Source of the DNA: Haliotis rufescens
Lineage: Eukaryota
Assembly (NCBI RefSeq): GCF_023055435.1
Contig: NW_025964372.1
Coordinates: forward strand, 41,602,001-41,666,000
Length of the DNA: 64,000 nucleotides
Direction: 5' to 3'
The notes beneath the pieces are model-generated. The model was not told where the DNA came from. It saw only the letters and a list, made by a program, of their open reading frames with translations, and ran no database searches. Position numbers and translations under genes: made by a program. How positions within the stretch are numbered: the first letter of the stretch is position 1; every line of letters begins with the position of its first letter. Positions 27,211-41,573 of the stretch are shown here, one piece after another.

Positions 27211-27483
27211 AAAGGGAGAGAGTATCTGCCCAGTGACGTTAAAATATGGTGCTCTTGTTACCCCGCCTGGCGCTCAGCATTAAGGGGATAAGACTGGTCA
27301 ATTTGTGGTCAGTATATTGTGTCAGAGTGGGGTATTCATGTTAAAACTTCGGTATGGTGTATCAGTGGCTTGTTCTGTAAAAACGACATGAGCAGACACA
27401 CATACATATATACACACGCGTGCATGCACGTTACTTCATATAAGAGCAGAATTCTTGAACGCAACGTCAAACCTGCAGATTTT

Positions 27484-27766
27484 CGGGGTACGGTGGCCCA
27501 GTCGTCTAGGGCGCCGCCTTTTGCTGTGTAGAGTTGCGTCCCTTGGGCACGCCAGACACCTGTGATCCTGGGTTCGAATCCCGGTTTGCCCAGATTATGT
27601 TTCTAGGTTTGTCAGCACCATACCCGTCCTCTTGGGTTTCACCGAAGCGGTAAACGTCTGAGACCTGCATCACTTCGGGCTTTCCTCTCACATTAAGCTG
27701 ACACGCCGTGATATAACTGTAATACTGTTAAAAGCAGCGTTGAACCCAACTCACTCACTCACACAC
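27484..27766 (+). mobile_element. tRNA-derived SINE (family B)
   Basis: A box GGTGGCCCAGTCG, B box GGTTCGAATCC, (CACT)n tail. Copies at 49351-49634 (+), 46537-46818 (-) and partial 26243-26368 (-). Confidence 0.75.
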
Positions 27767-29297
27767 TCTGGAGATTTAATTAGAAAGGAAATTAGATTCA
27801 GCCCCACTCACACCCGATATTGACGAAACATGGTGATTGTCCCTTGCCGATCTCAAATTATCAAGATTTCATTTCAATTACATGTTATCGCAAGCTGTAC
27901 TACCAACGCCGTTACAAACATTATCCTGTCAACAAAGTCAATTGTAGACAATGTCAGGGATAGATAGGGTTTAATAATGCATACCACGTTTACAGTAGCT
28001 GGTCAAAGGGAGGCAACTCTGTTTTCAGATATTACGTTAGCATTTGAAAAGTACGGAAGTTATCCTGACGAGACCTGGATACTGTGGGTAAAATGCTTAC
28101 AGGCGTATTGTCAATAGAAGCATCACCTGTAGCTGCTCGTACTGGGCTAAAATGACTTTGTTTTCTGAATGTGGCAAATGTACGTAATAATGACGAAAGG
28201 TATAATGAAATGAAATGCACTGATTTTTAAACGGCTTTAAATGTTGTGTTTTGTGTTGAACTCATTTTCCAAAATGGAAATAGTATTTTCCTGTTTTAAA
28301 TCATACCATGAAGCAAATTTGTTCTTCATTTCATGTACATGAAACTTTGATCTTTTGATCACCACAACCATTGTACCTGTAACCTATTGTTCAGGTTGTG
28401 TGAAAGGGAGAGAAAACGTTTACGCTTACTTATGCTATTTCTGGTGATATAAACAGAGGGACGGTTTGAATATTTGAAACGATGTACAATATGAAGGTTG
28501 TATAGCACTGGGATCGAATTACGAATTACGAAAATGTTCTGATTACTTGAATAATCAGTTTTTTATTCAATTCAATTTAGAAAGTTTGTGAATTTCTGAG
28601 TAATTTATCATTATCACTGCGAGGTGGAGGTATTTGAATTCGTCAGAGATGTTTGTATGGATAAGAGCGACAAAACCCTTTGCATAATCACAAGAAATCT
28701 CTGTAGAAAGCCGACTCCATTTTACGATTCTGACTTTATTAAAAGCATCACTATGAACTTTCATTATTTCCGGGACATATTTCCCATGAAAGCCCCAATC
28801 CGTAGCATTCTAAACTTAATAAATATACAACGCCAGAGAATAACCAGTCTTGATTATCTACCGAAACACATTCCATTGGGCGCATAAGGCAAAATGGGGG
28901 GGGGAAACTATAGGAATGGATAACTGATAATCACTGATGACACCACGTCTTGTGAAAGTGCACGCATGTCCTGCCCAACCGGTAGGAGTCGCCATTGGTA
29001 CAATCTGACTCCACGTGTAGGAGCCGCCATTGGTACAATCTGACTCCACGTGTTCTTAGGGTAAACTTGCAAATGCAGAAAACACAAAGAAACTGTAATT
29101 TGATAAATATATTTATTTTCCAAACATGATGACTGATGATATGACCCTGTTTACTGATTGCTGTATAGTAGACCTGAGATTACAATATTTCGGAACAAGG
29201 TAAAAACGTATGGTCGAAATGATAAAAACACAGTTTGTTTTCATATTTATATAATATTTCTTCTACCAAGGTGCAATTACACTGACAAGGAGGATCG

Positions 29298-30454
29298 TCA
29301 CTGCAGGATGTTGAGAATGTCCTCCCATTCGATCGTGCATCTCTCTTTACATGTCCATAGTGCTTTGACCAGGTCCAGATAGGTGGCCGAATTTCCATTC
29401 CACTGCTTCCATTTAGTGAGCATAATCAAGATCTGCATATACATTGAACATGGGTGTGCAACTCTGCCCTGTTGGATAGCCACAACGCTGAGCCCAAGTT
29501 CAATCCCGACGTGCTCAAATCCATTCCCGACATGTCTCGCAACAAGGCCGAGATCTCGTGGAGTTACAGGAGTCTTCAGTCTCTCGTTCACACAGCGTTT
29601 TGAACCTACACAGAAATCTGTATTACTTGATGTAACACCAATTCTACCACAAAGGCTCACATAAACAGGTTTCTTTCTGTTTTGTGTGATTGACATGTGG
29701 TATCGAATTAACCTTTATTCATCTCCAATGCTCACCGATATTCCAAATAAGCAATACAAATTGACAGAAAAAAAAGTTGCACAAATCGTCCCATATACAT
29801 ATTTGTCATCATAATAACGATCAAAATATGTTGAAAGTTATGCTGAACACATATGGCATATATTACCAAATTTCTGAAATGAAATCATCAAATCATGATA
29901 AAGAATGTCGCACAAAATTATCAATTTAATGGGCAGTTATAATTTAACGCACCTCTGCTTATGATCTGTTCGATCAGCCCGTTGCTTGACTGGTGCATTC
30001 TCTAGAACGAAAATCATACACAATCAATTGTGTGTTGAGATGATATGCTGTAGTATTTCCTGAAAGGCGTTGAATTCAAATACCGTATTATTCTTCAGGT
30101 GGGATGAAACTTCCACACTATAACACTTTATATGGAATGATAAACTTCCACACAATAACACTTAATATGGAATGATAAACTTCCACACTATAACACTTAA
30201 TATGGAATGATAAACTTCCACACAATAATACTGAATATGGAATGATAAACAGAGACAATGTCTGCCGGAACAGGAGTGAGTATATAAAGACTTTGAACAG
30301 TATTTTCGTTACCTTATATCCACTATTAAGCATACAGAAATTATGTGTACATATATTACTACCATTAGTGTACCTTAATGAACAGATCTAAAAGGGCGTT
30401 ATTAAGACGTACCTGATACTGAAGTCCGGAGAAGCACGAGGCAATATTCCCCAT
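29298..30454 (-). CDS. Myristoylated death-domain-only protein A1 (CRADD/RAIDD-like DD)
   Basis: Exons 30454-30413 (MGNIASCFSGLQYQ), 30001-29953 (RMHQSSNGLIEQIISR), 29605-29298 (GSKR..LGLVARHVGNGFEHVGIELGL..HP..ML.KWK..NG.SAT..L..AL); intron phases 0 and 1, GT-AG. Confidence 0.85.
30105..30250. repeat. About 35-bp minisatellite x4 in A1 intron 1
   Basis: AAACTTCCACACTATAACACTTAATATGGAATGAT; only about 2 units in copy B (51977-52050). Confidence 0.8.
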
Positions 30455-30547
30455 GCTGCCTATACATATATGACACTGACGTACACCACTCTGTGTGTTC
30501 AACTGGTATGACTAAATCAAAAACTCTAGGCTATATGTGAGCACTGC

Positions 30548-30640
30548 GGGATGCCCCGGCACGAGAGGGGACACAACGTCTCACTCTCTCTCGCAATAGC
30601 TTCAACCAAAGATTTAGGAATTTCGGATTTTCGGATTTCA
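30548..30640 (-). promoter_or_regulatory. kB-like site GGGGCATCCC and (TCCGAAAA)2 motif upstream of A1
   Basis: 30548-30557 matches GGGRNWYYCC on the - strand; TTTCGGATTTTCGGATTTC at 30621-30639. Confidence 0.5.
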
Positions 30641-31229
30641 AAACTGATATAAAGGCGGAGTTTGGCAAAATGGTGTGTATGTGAAAGAGATTATAATAGA
30701 CCTATGTGGGGGGTTATACCTCTTATCGTGCATTTTAAGTTTGTTGTCACACACTATGACCAACAATAATAAAGAAATAACATCACAGCAGTGTCGATAA
30801 TTGACGTGTGGTCACAAAAGGAACCTGCGGTTCAGTATGCCGCTCACACATGTAGATAAGAGCAGTGAAGTTGTCACTGCTCTCTTATCTACATGTGTAA
30901 GCGGCAGCCTAAAAACTGAAAGAACAAGACCATAGAATGGATCAGAACTTGATGTTAGACGTGTCAGCAATACGAAAATGTCAATGATTGGACTATAATC
31001 ATGATTGGATCTTCTTCAGCTGTAGTCAAGTCGTCCACACGGACAGACGGACACACTATCATACCTCTTCCAAATGTCCACTGCAAGGTCCACGTATCAT
31101 GAATTTTGTTGACAATAATTTCACATACATTCTAATTGTTGACTTTCTACGCCTTGTAAAACATCTTTCAAACGCAGGTAATGTGATGATCAACAACATT
31201 TCTATTAACAGTTCGTTCGTTACATCCAT

Positions 31230-32765
31230 TTCAGTTTCCGGAATTTCAGATTGCGAATGACAGAAGAACCCAATTAGTTATCACTTGCACATTCTTCCGC
31301 GTGAGGGGCGGTAGGGTAGTCCAGTGGTTATAATGTTCGCTCGTCACGCCTAAGACCCGGGTTCGAATCCTCACATGGGTTCAATGTGTGAAGCCCATTT
31401 CTGGTGCCCACCGCAGTGATATTGCTAAAATATTGCTAAAAGCCTTCACTCATTCTCTCTTCCCCGTGTTCATATGAGGCAGAGTGACTAGTCGTTTCGA
31501 AGGACGGATGGATAATTAGCAATTGCTCAACTATAATGTCTCTCTGGGATGATAATTGTAATAATGTGGTCTCCAGCTAGAGCTGCACTACAGCGTTTCT
31601 ATTGCTCTTGATATGTAGAATATCTGTGAAACAACTGAACATGTATGTTAAGCTAGGGCAGATAAAATGTGTAGCTCTGAAGCCCAGATGACAGTAAATC
31701 ATGCATGCTGACGGTATCTTATATAATTAGTGTGAAACGTAGCATGCAGAAAATGTAATCTTCGATTCGCTGATGTTATTATTCAGTCGCTCAGGAAAGA
31801 TAAATTTCGTTGCACAGACCAAACCTAAGCACCCACCCATCGTCAGCTACACAGAATTATAATTCTACTACATTTGTTACATGTAGGTTACAGTCAACGT
31901 CGCATATCATATCACACACGAGGTGAAGAAACGATATATATATCCTGTTACTATATATGACATTTGTTCCTTTCTCAATACCAGTTTATCATCAGTTGGT
32001 GTGTGGCATTGTAAAGGAATGACATTTGGAAACACACGTACTTGACCTCATGGAATACAATTCTTCAATTACGTCATCTTTAAATAAAACCCGTTCTGTA
32101 ATTGGAATAGATCTCGACTTAACGCATGTCATAAGCATGTGCTCAATGTGTTCAACTTCAGTGAAAGCAAAAGAAAACGCTGAACACAAATGAAATCATT
32201 GTACCGCTCTGTGCCGGTCACTGGTGGTTAATATGAAAGGATGGGTTATCTTTCGTGCCAATTCTCGGGAAAGAACAAAAGACTCAAACACATTCCTTGG
32301 TGTGTGGAACTCAAAGGTTGTATACTTGTAAACATTTTTGATAGCCGTTAATATATAACAGTAATCGCATCTTTACCAGTCTTTCACATGTACAAACATC
32401 AACAATATTGAGAAAGTCCTGCATTCACATATACATGTGCACACATTGAACACATTCATGCACTGGAAACATATGATGCAACCCCTGACGTCCCTCTCTG
32501 ATCCCAGCACATCCTTACCTTATGCTCGTATTATCAGCATACTACACGTAGGTCACCAAACATTGTATTCCTGACACCACCGTAGCGTCATGTCTTTACA
32601 TATAATAGTTCCTTGTATGTCCCACGACACTTAACATGCATGACACGAAGTATGACCCTTATATGTGTCACACTGTGATGGCCGTCTCTTTCACATGCAC
32701 TGCAGTTGATAAAGGAGGCCTACCCGATATCTAAATCCTGACAAGCATGATCTAATATTCCCCAT
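31230..32765 (-). pseudogene. Relic DD-family gene with intact myristoylation exon
   Basis: Exon 32765-32724 reads MGNIRSCLSGFRYR|gt. Exon 2 (~32268-32208) has lost its acceptor and has a TGA. A very decayed DD (IVEQ..HPS; KNxQVIT.WVLL) is interrupted by a SINE. Confidence 0.6.
31305..31457 (+). mobile_element. tRNA-derived SINE (family C) with 11-bp TSD
   Basis: A box TAGTCCAGTGG, B box GGTTCGAATCC; TCTTCC(G/C)CGTG at 31293-31303 and 31458-31468; copy at 53508-53679. Confidence 0.8.
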
Positions 32766-34305
32766 GATCATTTTCCCATCTTCGAATCCGCAGCGTGTGA
32801 TATTGTGACACAGCTAACACAATGTAGCCAGCCCAGTTTATACATGCATACCTGATGGGGGGGGACTCCCTTGTACAATTTACCGGCACACTGTAAATCT
32901 CAGACGTATGTAATCAACAAATTACTGTCATTTCTCTAAATCACGGACTTCGGATTTCCGGATTTTCGGCTATGAATCGCCATGTCATTCAGTTACATAG
33001 TTGTCACAACAGGGGGGATATGTTTTCATTCATACTCAGTGGTTATAGGCTGCTTATCAAATCTTCTCAATGTCAACACCACGTGGAGTAAGCTGTCTAC
33101 TTCAGACGCCGTAAAAGCGTGTTTGATCATAGTATTGAGACGAGAGAAGCCATATTATTACCAATAAAACTCGTATATATGATTTGTTTCTTTTGTATAT
33201 ATGTGTGATGAGGTTTTATTTTACTCGAAAAGCGTAAATTCGTGTGGGATAACACACAATATGTTGATGTTGAGCAGTATATCAATCAATATAAGTTATG
33301 GTGTATCAATTAATTGTCTCCTATCATGGGAATCCGGTAAAGTGGACAGGCACACTGACACGTATGCAGGATTTCTGCACTTTCCTCACTTTCTCCAGTA
33401 ATAATGATGATATTAGTGTTAGATTGTCAGATGTTTTCCTGTCGTTTCCGGAGTGAATGAACTTTTCAATTTCATTCGAAAATATGACGCAATTTTGCAT
33501 ACTCTCACTGCAGATACTAATCTATCTATCGAACTAGGGACTATTCTGGTTTGTCTGAAATGGGGGTTGTCTGTGGGCACTACGCAATAAAACGAAACGA
33601 AACGAAACACACTTCGGGCAGCTATATGGCAGATAGTTCATGCAAGATGTGAACAAGACAATCCGACAATCCGACATAGCATATGACGTTTCGTTTGTTT
33701 GTCAAAATCAGTTCATAACACTGTGGTTGAGACAAGCAGTTAGTTCTAGGTAGGATACGGACCTCATGTTATACTACTCATCAGGCATTTAGTACAGGCT
33801 GCCCCCTGAGGTATATATGAAAACTAAGTGGTATTAAATGTAATGGAGATGAAGGAAACTCCCTTACAAACAACATGAAGGTTTATCTGAAAGCATACGA
33901 CGCCGTTGGGTTCGGATGACACCAACACAGCTGAATGACCAACTCTGACCACCTGATTCGCTCCAGTCAGCTCTTGCAGCAATCATAGGATACTGGTGCC
34001 TTATTCATCACCGGATTATACACAGGGCAGATGTAATGTAGTATAATCACATGATCATCATCAGTAGCATAAGCTGGGACGCTTGAAACTACTATCAGAC
34101 TGCCAGTAACACCACGTAGACTAACATAGACTCAAACATCCATATGTGCAATGTATAAATGAACAAAAAACCCTGTAGTTTTAAAAAGCAACATTTATTC
34201 GTGAAACATAAGGAAATATCAAACATGTACGTTATTCTTAACATATACTAGAGCAGTGAGTCGACAGTGTTGTTGTTATTTTAGGTGTGCACTACGAATG
34301 ACACA

Positions 34306-35429
34306 CTAAGTCGATGGTGATTGGAGAATGTTTAGTATGGCATCCATTTCGAGCGTACATCTACCTCTGCATCTCCACAACGCTCTGACGAGCACAAGGC
34401 CAGTGGCAGATCTGCCATTCCTCTCCTTCCACTTGGTGAGCATGTGTAAGGTCTGCATATAAAGTGAAGTTGGGTGTGAAACTTTGCCTTGTTCGATCAC
34501 CACAAGATTGAGTCCAAGTTCGATTCCAATAGATTCAAACCCGATCCCAATATGATTTGCCACCAGGCTGACACCTTTCTGAGAAACAGGGATTCTCAGT
34601 CTTTCCTCATTTACAGGGCCTACAAAACAAATTAACATCACGTTTTATGATTTAAAAAATGTGAATGAAAATTATAGATGAGTTTGCGTTTTGAGTAATT
34701 TTGTTTTTGTCTTTTCAAACTTACATTTTAACAAACACCTTACAAATCAGAACAGATACGGAAAGTATGTTGCGAGACATAGTACATCTTAATATATGCA
34801 GAGGAGAATACATATTCTCTCCACGTCTACAGTATAGCATATGTGTACTTAAGATATTATGCGACGTTCATATTGCATATTTAACATAATCAAATTGATC
34901 AAGATGAAAAGGACATATTCAATGACATTAAATAAACGAACCTGTCAATGTGACCAATGGATTATATGAACGGATCATCTGGTTGTGTGGCTGGTGAAGT
35001 CTCTGGAAGGGAGATGTTTATACCATCACATGTCATGTATAAAATTAAATGTTGCAAGCTTATGTCATANNNNNNNNNNNNNNNNNNNNNNNNNNNNNNN
35101 NNNNNNNNNNNNNNNNNNNNNNNNNNNNNNNNNNNNNNNNNNNNNNNNNNNNNNNNNNNNNNNNNNNNNNNNNNNNNNNNNNNNNNNNNNNNNNNNNNNN
35201 NNNNNNNNNNNNNNNNNNNNNNNNNNNNNNNNNNNNNNNNNNNNNNNNNNNNNNNNNNNNNNNNNNNNNNNNNNNNNACACACACACAGAAATAAAGACA
35301 GACTGTATAAGACCATGCAACCACAAACGTGCACATCGACATGCAAACAATGAGCTCGTTAGTTTCTAATAATTAAAGTTCACCTACCCGATACCCAAAT
35401 CCGGACCAGCATGACACATAATTCCCCAT
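34306..35429 (-). CDS. Myristoylated death-domain-only protein A2
   Basis: Exons 35429-35388 (MGNYVSCWSGFGYR), 35002-34942 (RLHQPHNQMIRSYNPLVTLT), 34619-34306 (GPVNEERL..DD..QSPST). Intron 1 contains an N-gap. Confidence 0.85.
35070..35277. other. Assembly gap
   Basis: Run of N. Confidence 0.99.
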
Positions 35430-35492
35430 TGTCGGCTCTGTACATACGTTTTACCCTCTGCTTTACTGATCTGCTGTCCGTTCAATCGCTTG

Positions 35493-35526
35493 CTCTTTAT
35501 ATGTAGGCTTTGTGAAGGGGATTTCC
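35493..35526 (-). promoter_or_regulatory. TATA box (ATATAAAG) and kB site (GGGGATTTCC, 35517-35526) upstream of A2
   Basis: Consensus match at a position conserved across paralogues. Confidence 0.55.
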
Positions 35527-35745
35527 CTAAACTTGTCGACAAAAATTACTGTTGCAGATAAGCGGCCGCGAGTTTATCGACGGGCGTTTATTGAAGCAAG
35601 ACGCGAGAACGCGAGGTCTTTCCCAGGGTGTAGCATCTAAGAAGACTGAGAGGTAATGCATGCTATACATCATAAATCCGAAAATCCGACTTGTTGTACA
35701 TTCACTTCACAATGTCAACTAGTTAGCGGAAACGTCTTTAGGCTG

Positions 35746-35961
35746 NNNNNNNNNNNNNNNNNNNNNNNNNNNNNNNNNNNNNNNNNNNNNNNNNNNNNNN
35801 NNNNNNNNNNNNNNNNNNNNNNNNNNNNNNNNNNNNNNNNNNNNNNNNNNNNNNNNNNNNNNNNNNNNNNNNNNNNNNNNNNNNNNNNNNNNNNNNNNNN
35901 NNNNNNNNNNNNNNNNNNNNNNNNNNNNNNNNNNNNNNNNNNNNNNNNNNNNNNNNNNNNN
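35746..35961. other. Assembly gap
   Basis: Run of N. Confidence 0.99.
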
Positions 35962-38900
35962 AGCTCAGTGGGATATAACAACATAGCGAAGAGCTTCACT
36001 TGAACTGATTGTGAAGGCGGAACATTCTGCTGTTTGATTGACCTCGATGTGAACAGACAGCAGTTGAATCATCTCACATCTACTCCCTACACATCAAGTT
36101 GTGATTAAAGTGACATGCGTGATAATAAAGGAATATCTGCTATACACTCATCCTGTTGAATTGAATGTACTGGTTACAAAGAGGAATATAGAAAATGGCT
36201 ATAGTGTACAACAATGTCACATTATCCCAAATAGACTCAATATATTATGTTTTAGATATGATACTGACGTTACAGTTGATGAAGTGTTATTATTAAATAA
36301 CTGACAATTGAATAACTATTCTGAAATGCATTGATATTTTTGAATGGACATGTGAATAAATCCAGTTGAAACAGAGAATCTCTGATTGACTGTGTCGGAT
36401 TTTCGGACTAGCTAAGTCACGAGACAAGTAAACGTTCTTGTCGTCTCTTGATTGACTTGGCGATCGACTACGCCTGTCCTATACTTTTTTTTTATCGAAA
36501 AGTACAGCATGAGTAGTATTTCATTTTAGTTGTTTTCATAATTATATTGTAGGTATTTTACATGAGTAAAATTTTAAACTCCCCCTTTTGACAATGTTAT
36601 TGACCCAGGGGGTAAAAAGCACTTAACATCCACGTTAGTGTTCCTGGATATAATGTTAGTATTATGTGACGTACATTAGTGTAGAAATAGTACAAACTAT
36701 ACAAACATCTCGTTCTAGTGATGTTTCAAAGTGAATGTCACGTGGAACAATATGCCTTCAGCTTCGACTTATGTCATCTACATTTCCCTGTTGCTTATGT
36801 ACTTAAACGCATGCACATATCATTCAAATGTCCTGGAAAGACACATTTTTCTTACATCTAAGCTTAAATTCAATCAAGATTCGGCATCACAGGCCTGATC
36901 AAGTCATCCCAGAAATAGGAAATAAGGTAATCTTTTTACTAAATATGACATGCTACCTGTCAAAATCATTTGCAATTCTATCCCTTATAATTACTATGAC
37001 CTTTACAGGGAGATTTCACACCTCCTTACTCACTTACTTAAATGGATCGGGTGGTCATGCTTGGTGACTTGGTTGACAGCGTGGAGTAGTAACCCGACGA
37101 CGTGAGTCATTGCTCATGATAGTGATCCCTGGATTCTTTGGTCGAGACTCGATACTTTACAGGCCACCGTGATATGTCAAGAGTATAGCTGGTAGCGGCA
37201 TTTGGCNNNNNNNNNNNNNNNNNNNNNNNNNNNNNNNNNNNNNNNNNNNNNNNNNNNNNNNNNNNNNNNNNNNNNNNNNNNNNNNNNNNNNNNNNNNNNN
37301 NNNNNNNNNNNNNNNNNNNNNNNNNNNNNNNNNNNNNNNNNNNNNNNNNNNNNNNNNNNNNNNNNNNNNNNNNNNNNNNNNNNNNNNNNNNNNNNNNNNN
37401 NNNNNNNNNNGTGTTTGAACGAACAAAAGACAAACAACAACTTCAACATTTTCATGAAGATGTTTCTGCAGAATGTTCCCTTCGCAAAACTGAAATTTGA
37501 AAAGGATCATATGTTTTTATATCCAGGAAATACTTAATGGGGCAAATTTTACGAGTTGAATGGGCGTGAAAGCATGAATAGCTGCATAAGAGGAAAAATA
37601 GTGGTGGTGTGGATTGGCATACAGGAGAAATGAGACAAGCATGCTGTTAACCAAAGTAAATCGTCTCGTGCACCAATACACGTGAATGTGTTTGCTTTTC
37701 AATAGTACATAATATGATATGAACTTATACACATTAACAGGTCATTTTGCGTTGAGAGCTCAATGGGATATAACAACATAGCAAAGAACTTCACTTGAAC
37801 TGATTGCGAAAGCGGAACCTTCTACTGTTTAATTGACCTCGATGTGTACGTACAGCAGTTGAATCATCTCACATCTATTTTCTATACATCAAGTTTTGAT
37901 AAAAGCGACATGGGTAATAATAAAGGAATATCTTCTAATATTTTCCTCCTATTCATTTTAATGTACTGGTTACAAAAGAATATCTGGGTAATAATAAAGG
38001 AATATCTGCAAATATATCGTCCTGTTCAATTAAATGTACTGGTTACAAAGAGAAATATCGAAAAATGGTTACAGTATACAGCAATGTCACATTAGCCAAA
38101 TAGACTCAACATAATATGTTTTAGATATGGTACTGAGGTAACGGTGCTGCAGTCCGCATTGGTTATTGCAGAGCATGTGTCGGATCTTAAATAACTGACA
38201 ATTGAATAACTATTTTGAAATGCATTGATATTTTTTAATGGAATTTTGACATGTGTTATTATTAAATAACTGACAATTGAATAACTATTCTGAAATGCAT
38301 TGATATTTTTGAATAGATACGTGAATAAATCCAGTTGGAACGGAGAATCTCTGATTGACTGTGTCGGATTTTCGGACTAGCTACGTCACAATCGCCGCCG
38401 ACAAGTAAACGTTCTTGTCGTCTCTTGTACCGGGTCTCGACTACTTCTGTCCTATACCCTGAAGCTGAGATTGTTTTGTCGAAAAGGTACAAAGTAAATA
38501 GTATTTCATTTCAATGGTTTTCATAGTTAGAGTGCAGGTATTTTACATGAAGTAACATTTTAAACTCCCGCTTTTGACAATGTTATTGAACCCAAGGGAT
38601 AAAATGTATATGTGACATACATTAGTGTAGAAATGGGACAAACTATACAAACATCTCGTTCTAGTGATGTTTCAAAGTGAATGTCACGTGGAATAATATG
38701 CCTTCAGCTTCAACTCATGTCATCCATATTTCCCTGTTGCTTGTGTACTTAAACGCATGTGCATATCATTAAATTTCCTGGAAACACACATTTTTCTTAC
38801 AACTAAGCTAAACTTAAATCAAGGTTCGGCATCATAGGCCTGATCAAGTCATTCCAGAAGTAGGAAATTAGGTAGATTTTTTTACGAAATATGACATGCT

Positions 38901-39150
38901 GCCTGTCAAAGTGATTTTCAATTCTATCCCATACTATGACCTTTACAGGGAGATTTCACACCTCCTTACTCACTTACTTAAATGGATCGGGTGGTCATGT
39001 TTTTTGACTTGGTTGACAGCGTGAAGTGGTAACCCGACGACGTGAATCATTGCTCATGATAGTGATCCCTGGATTCTTTGGTCGAGACTCGATGCTTTAC
39101 AGGCCACCGTGATATGTCAGGAGTATTGCTGGTGGCGGCATTTGGCAACA
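35962..39150. repeat. Local tandem duplication (35962-37206 vs 37757-39146)
   Basis: AGCTCA(G/A)TGGGATATAACAACATAGC through the SINE-A fragment ending GGCATTTGGC occurs twice, separated by an N-gap. Confidence 0.8.
37207..37410. other. Assembly gap
   Basis: Run of N. Confidence 0.99.
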
Positions 39151-40409
39151 ACAAACAGCTTACATCTTTTATGAATTTTATGAGTGTGGCGGGTGCTTCT
39201 GGTAGAGCATTACATGCTAATCATTCTGTGGAATACCTGGTGTCATCACTGATTTCCAGTGATCCATTCATATACTTTTCATCACTATTTCATCTTTTCT
39301 ATGCATAAAAATGTGACAGTGTTTCAGGCTTCTCTATTATTGAGAATATGACTTGTAATTTTGTCATTCGAATACTTTGTCAAGATATTTGTAGAATGTA
39401 GGGGAGCATATTATTGAATACATAAAATCGGATTTTCGAAACAACTAGATTTGTCACCCCTACAACTCTGTTGCAATGGTGCATAGATATGAATGCAGTC
39501 ACTTATTGTCCAAATGTTTTATGGTAAAAGTGTAGAAGACTGGATAGAATAGTCATTTCCTTGTCTGTGACGGGTGCCACCAGTGGCACCTTTTCGCGAA
39601 CTTCTGGTATCATCTCTATTTGATTTCATACCTGAGAACCACTATAGCCCATGACCAGTATTTGCAAACTTCCAACCAGGAAATATTCTTACAAATAGAA
39701 TACAGCTACTATAGAAAGTAAAACACTGATTGTAGTCCATAATCAATCAGCAAGATTCTACGACCGGCAAACCCTTGTGAAATTGTTCAAAAGAAGAGAC
39801 AACAGATAAACAGTAAACTTGGAACAACATAACACACATAATTTGACTGTTCAATCGTGACCGGACATTGTGGGTCAAATGGTTATGTGAGACGCAATTA
39901 TGTCTCCGGATTTTCGGATTATGGATGACGTTTAGGCCACATGTATTCATCCCTCGCTAGTTCATCCTCAAATAAAAAAGACAGAAAGACAAGTTGTTAC
40001 AAAAGGCATCACAGCAATTTATTAAAAGCCTTTATTCCCAACACATACACATAGAATCACAATGTATTACAAACGGAAAAGATATTACTGTATAAATGAA
40101 GAGTGTTCAGTGTGCAACTTGAGGAAACAGAAAATCAATCAGATCAGTCAGGATCCCAAATTATGTACAAAAGCCTCAGTGAACCTAGCATCTCGACTCG
40201 ATATTGCAAAGCGGGAACCCAATCAATCAATGATAACTGTACATGAGAAGAGTGTTCAGTGCAGCGCTCGTATATGAGAGAACATAAATGTAGACATGAT
40301 TTCTCTGTATGTGGTCGTGGAAACTCAGTGAAGTATTACTTATATACCCACTCGTGTATTCACAGCATAAAGCAAGACAGTGTCATGTGAAAACAGCTCT
40401 TCGACTTGA

Positions 40410-41573
40410 TTACACAGACACAGTGGACGGTCCCTGAAGGATGTTGAGAATGTCCTCCCACTCAATGGTACACTTGTCATTGCATCTCCACAGTGCTCTG
40501 ACGAGGAACAGGCTGGTTGCAGTTCTTCCGTTCTTCTCCTTCCACTTTGTGAGCATGTGTACAACTTGCATGTACAGTGAACATGGATGTGCAAAAGTCA
40601 CTTGTTCGATAACCACGAGAGTAAGTCCAAGTTCGATGCCAACAGACTCGAACCCGATCCCGATGTGACTTGCAACAAGGCTGAGATCTCTTCCAGATAC
40701 AGGAGTATCCAACATCTCTTCATTTACAGCATATGCTTGGTTCCAGTGTGTTGGCCCTACAACATTAAACTCACAATAAACTACCTATTTACTTGTGTTC
40801 ATTTTGTTTGATAGATGATGTTACAACATTCAGTTCACATTCATTATTCCAAATTAGCTTCACTAAACAAAAAAATATGGTACATACATTAAGTAACGTA
40901 AACAGAAATCATTAGGTACACATAGAACTAAACTCCCTGAATTATAATAAGACAAGCAGATTGTTTAAATTCAATAAAACTAAAACATCAAACTAAAAGG
41001 CGACTGTGCTTGTTGTAAGAGGCGACTAACAGGATCGGGTGGTAAGGCTCGCTAACATGTTTGTTGCATGTCATCGTATCCCAATTGCGTAGATCGATAC
41101 TCATGATGTTAATCGCTGGATTATCTGGTCCAGACTCGATTATTTACAGATCGCCGTCATATAGCTGGAATATTGCTCAGTGCGACATTAAACAACAAAC
41201 AAACAAAAAACAAGCAAACAAAATAACAAACAATGTGATTTAACGTACATGTAACTCTCTCTGTCAGATTGGGTTCATTTTGGCAGTTCATCGAGTTCTC
41301 TGAAGTGGACAGTCTCTGGAATCGAAAAAACACAGTTTCAAACACGATTGATAGCTACACCAGCATAGCAATAAAACAATAAGGATAATCTTACATAAAC
41401 TAAACAAGACAATGCAATGACAAATTCTCTTGAACATGTACACACGCATAATAAACATTAACACGCTAATGTTCGAATAGGGAAAGCACGTGAAATATGC
41501 CTATGGCTGTATACATAACATCTTGACCCACCTGATATCGGAATCTTGGCCAGCATGAAACAGTATTACCCAT
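40410..41573 (-). CDS. Myristoylated death-domain-only protein A3
   Basis: Exons 41573-41532 (MGNTVSCWPRFRYQ), 41315-41249 (RLSTSENSMNCQNEPNLTERVT), 40756-40410 (WPTHWNQAYAVNEEMLDTP..DD..GPSTVSV). Confidence 0.85.
40997..41215 (+). mobile_element. SINE (family A) in A3 intron 2, absent from B3
   Basis: Matches 15064-15320; (AAAC)n tail. Confidence 0.8.

Noticed and set aside
27484-27600. tRNA genes at 27484, 31305, ~44255, ~46810, 49351 and 53508
   Set aside because: The A/B boxes continue into SINE bodies and simple-repeat tails, with no proper cloverleaf.
28908-29123. ORF conserved in both duplicates (50780-50995)
   Set aside because: Contains a 34-bp tandem repeat, and its conservation is explained by the recent duplication.
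29606-29696. N-termini of the track DD ORFs (MSITQNRKK.., MMLICFV.., MLDTP..)
   Set aside because: Intronic read-through or an internal Met; consensus acceptors and conserved upstream exons give a better model.
34957-37537. ORFs containing X runs (also 57119-57720)
   Set aside because: Artefacts of N-gaps.
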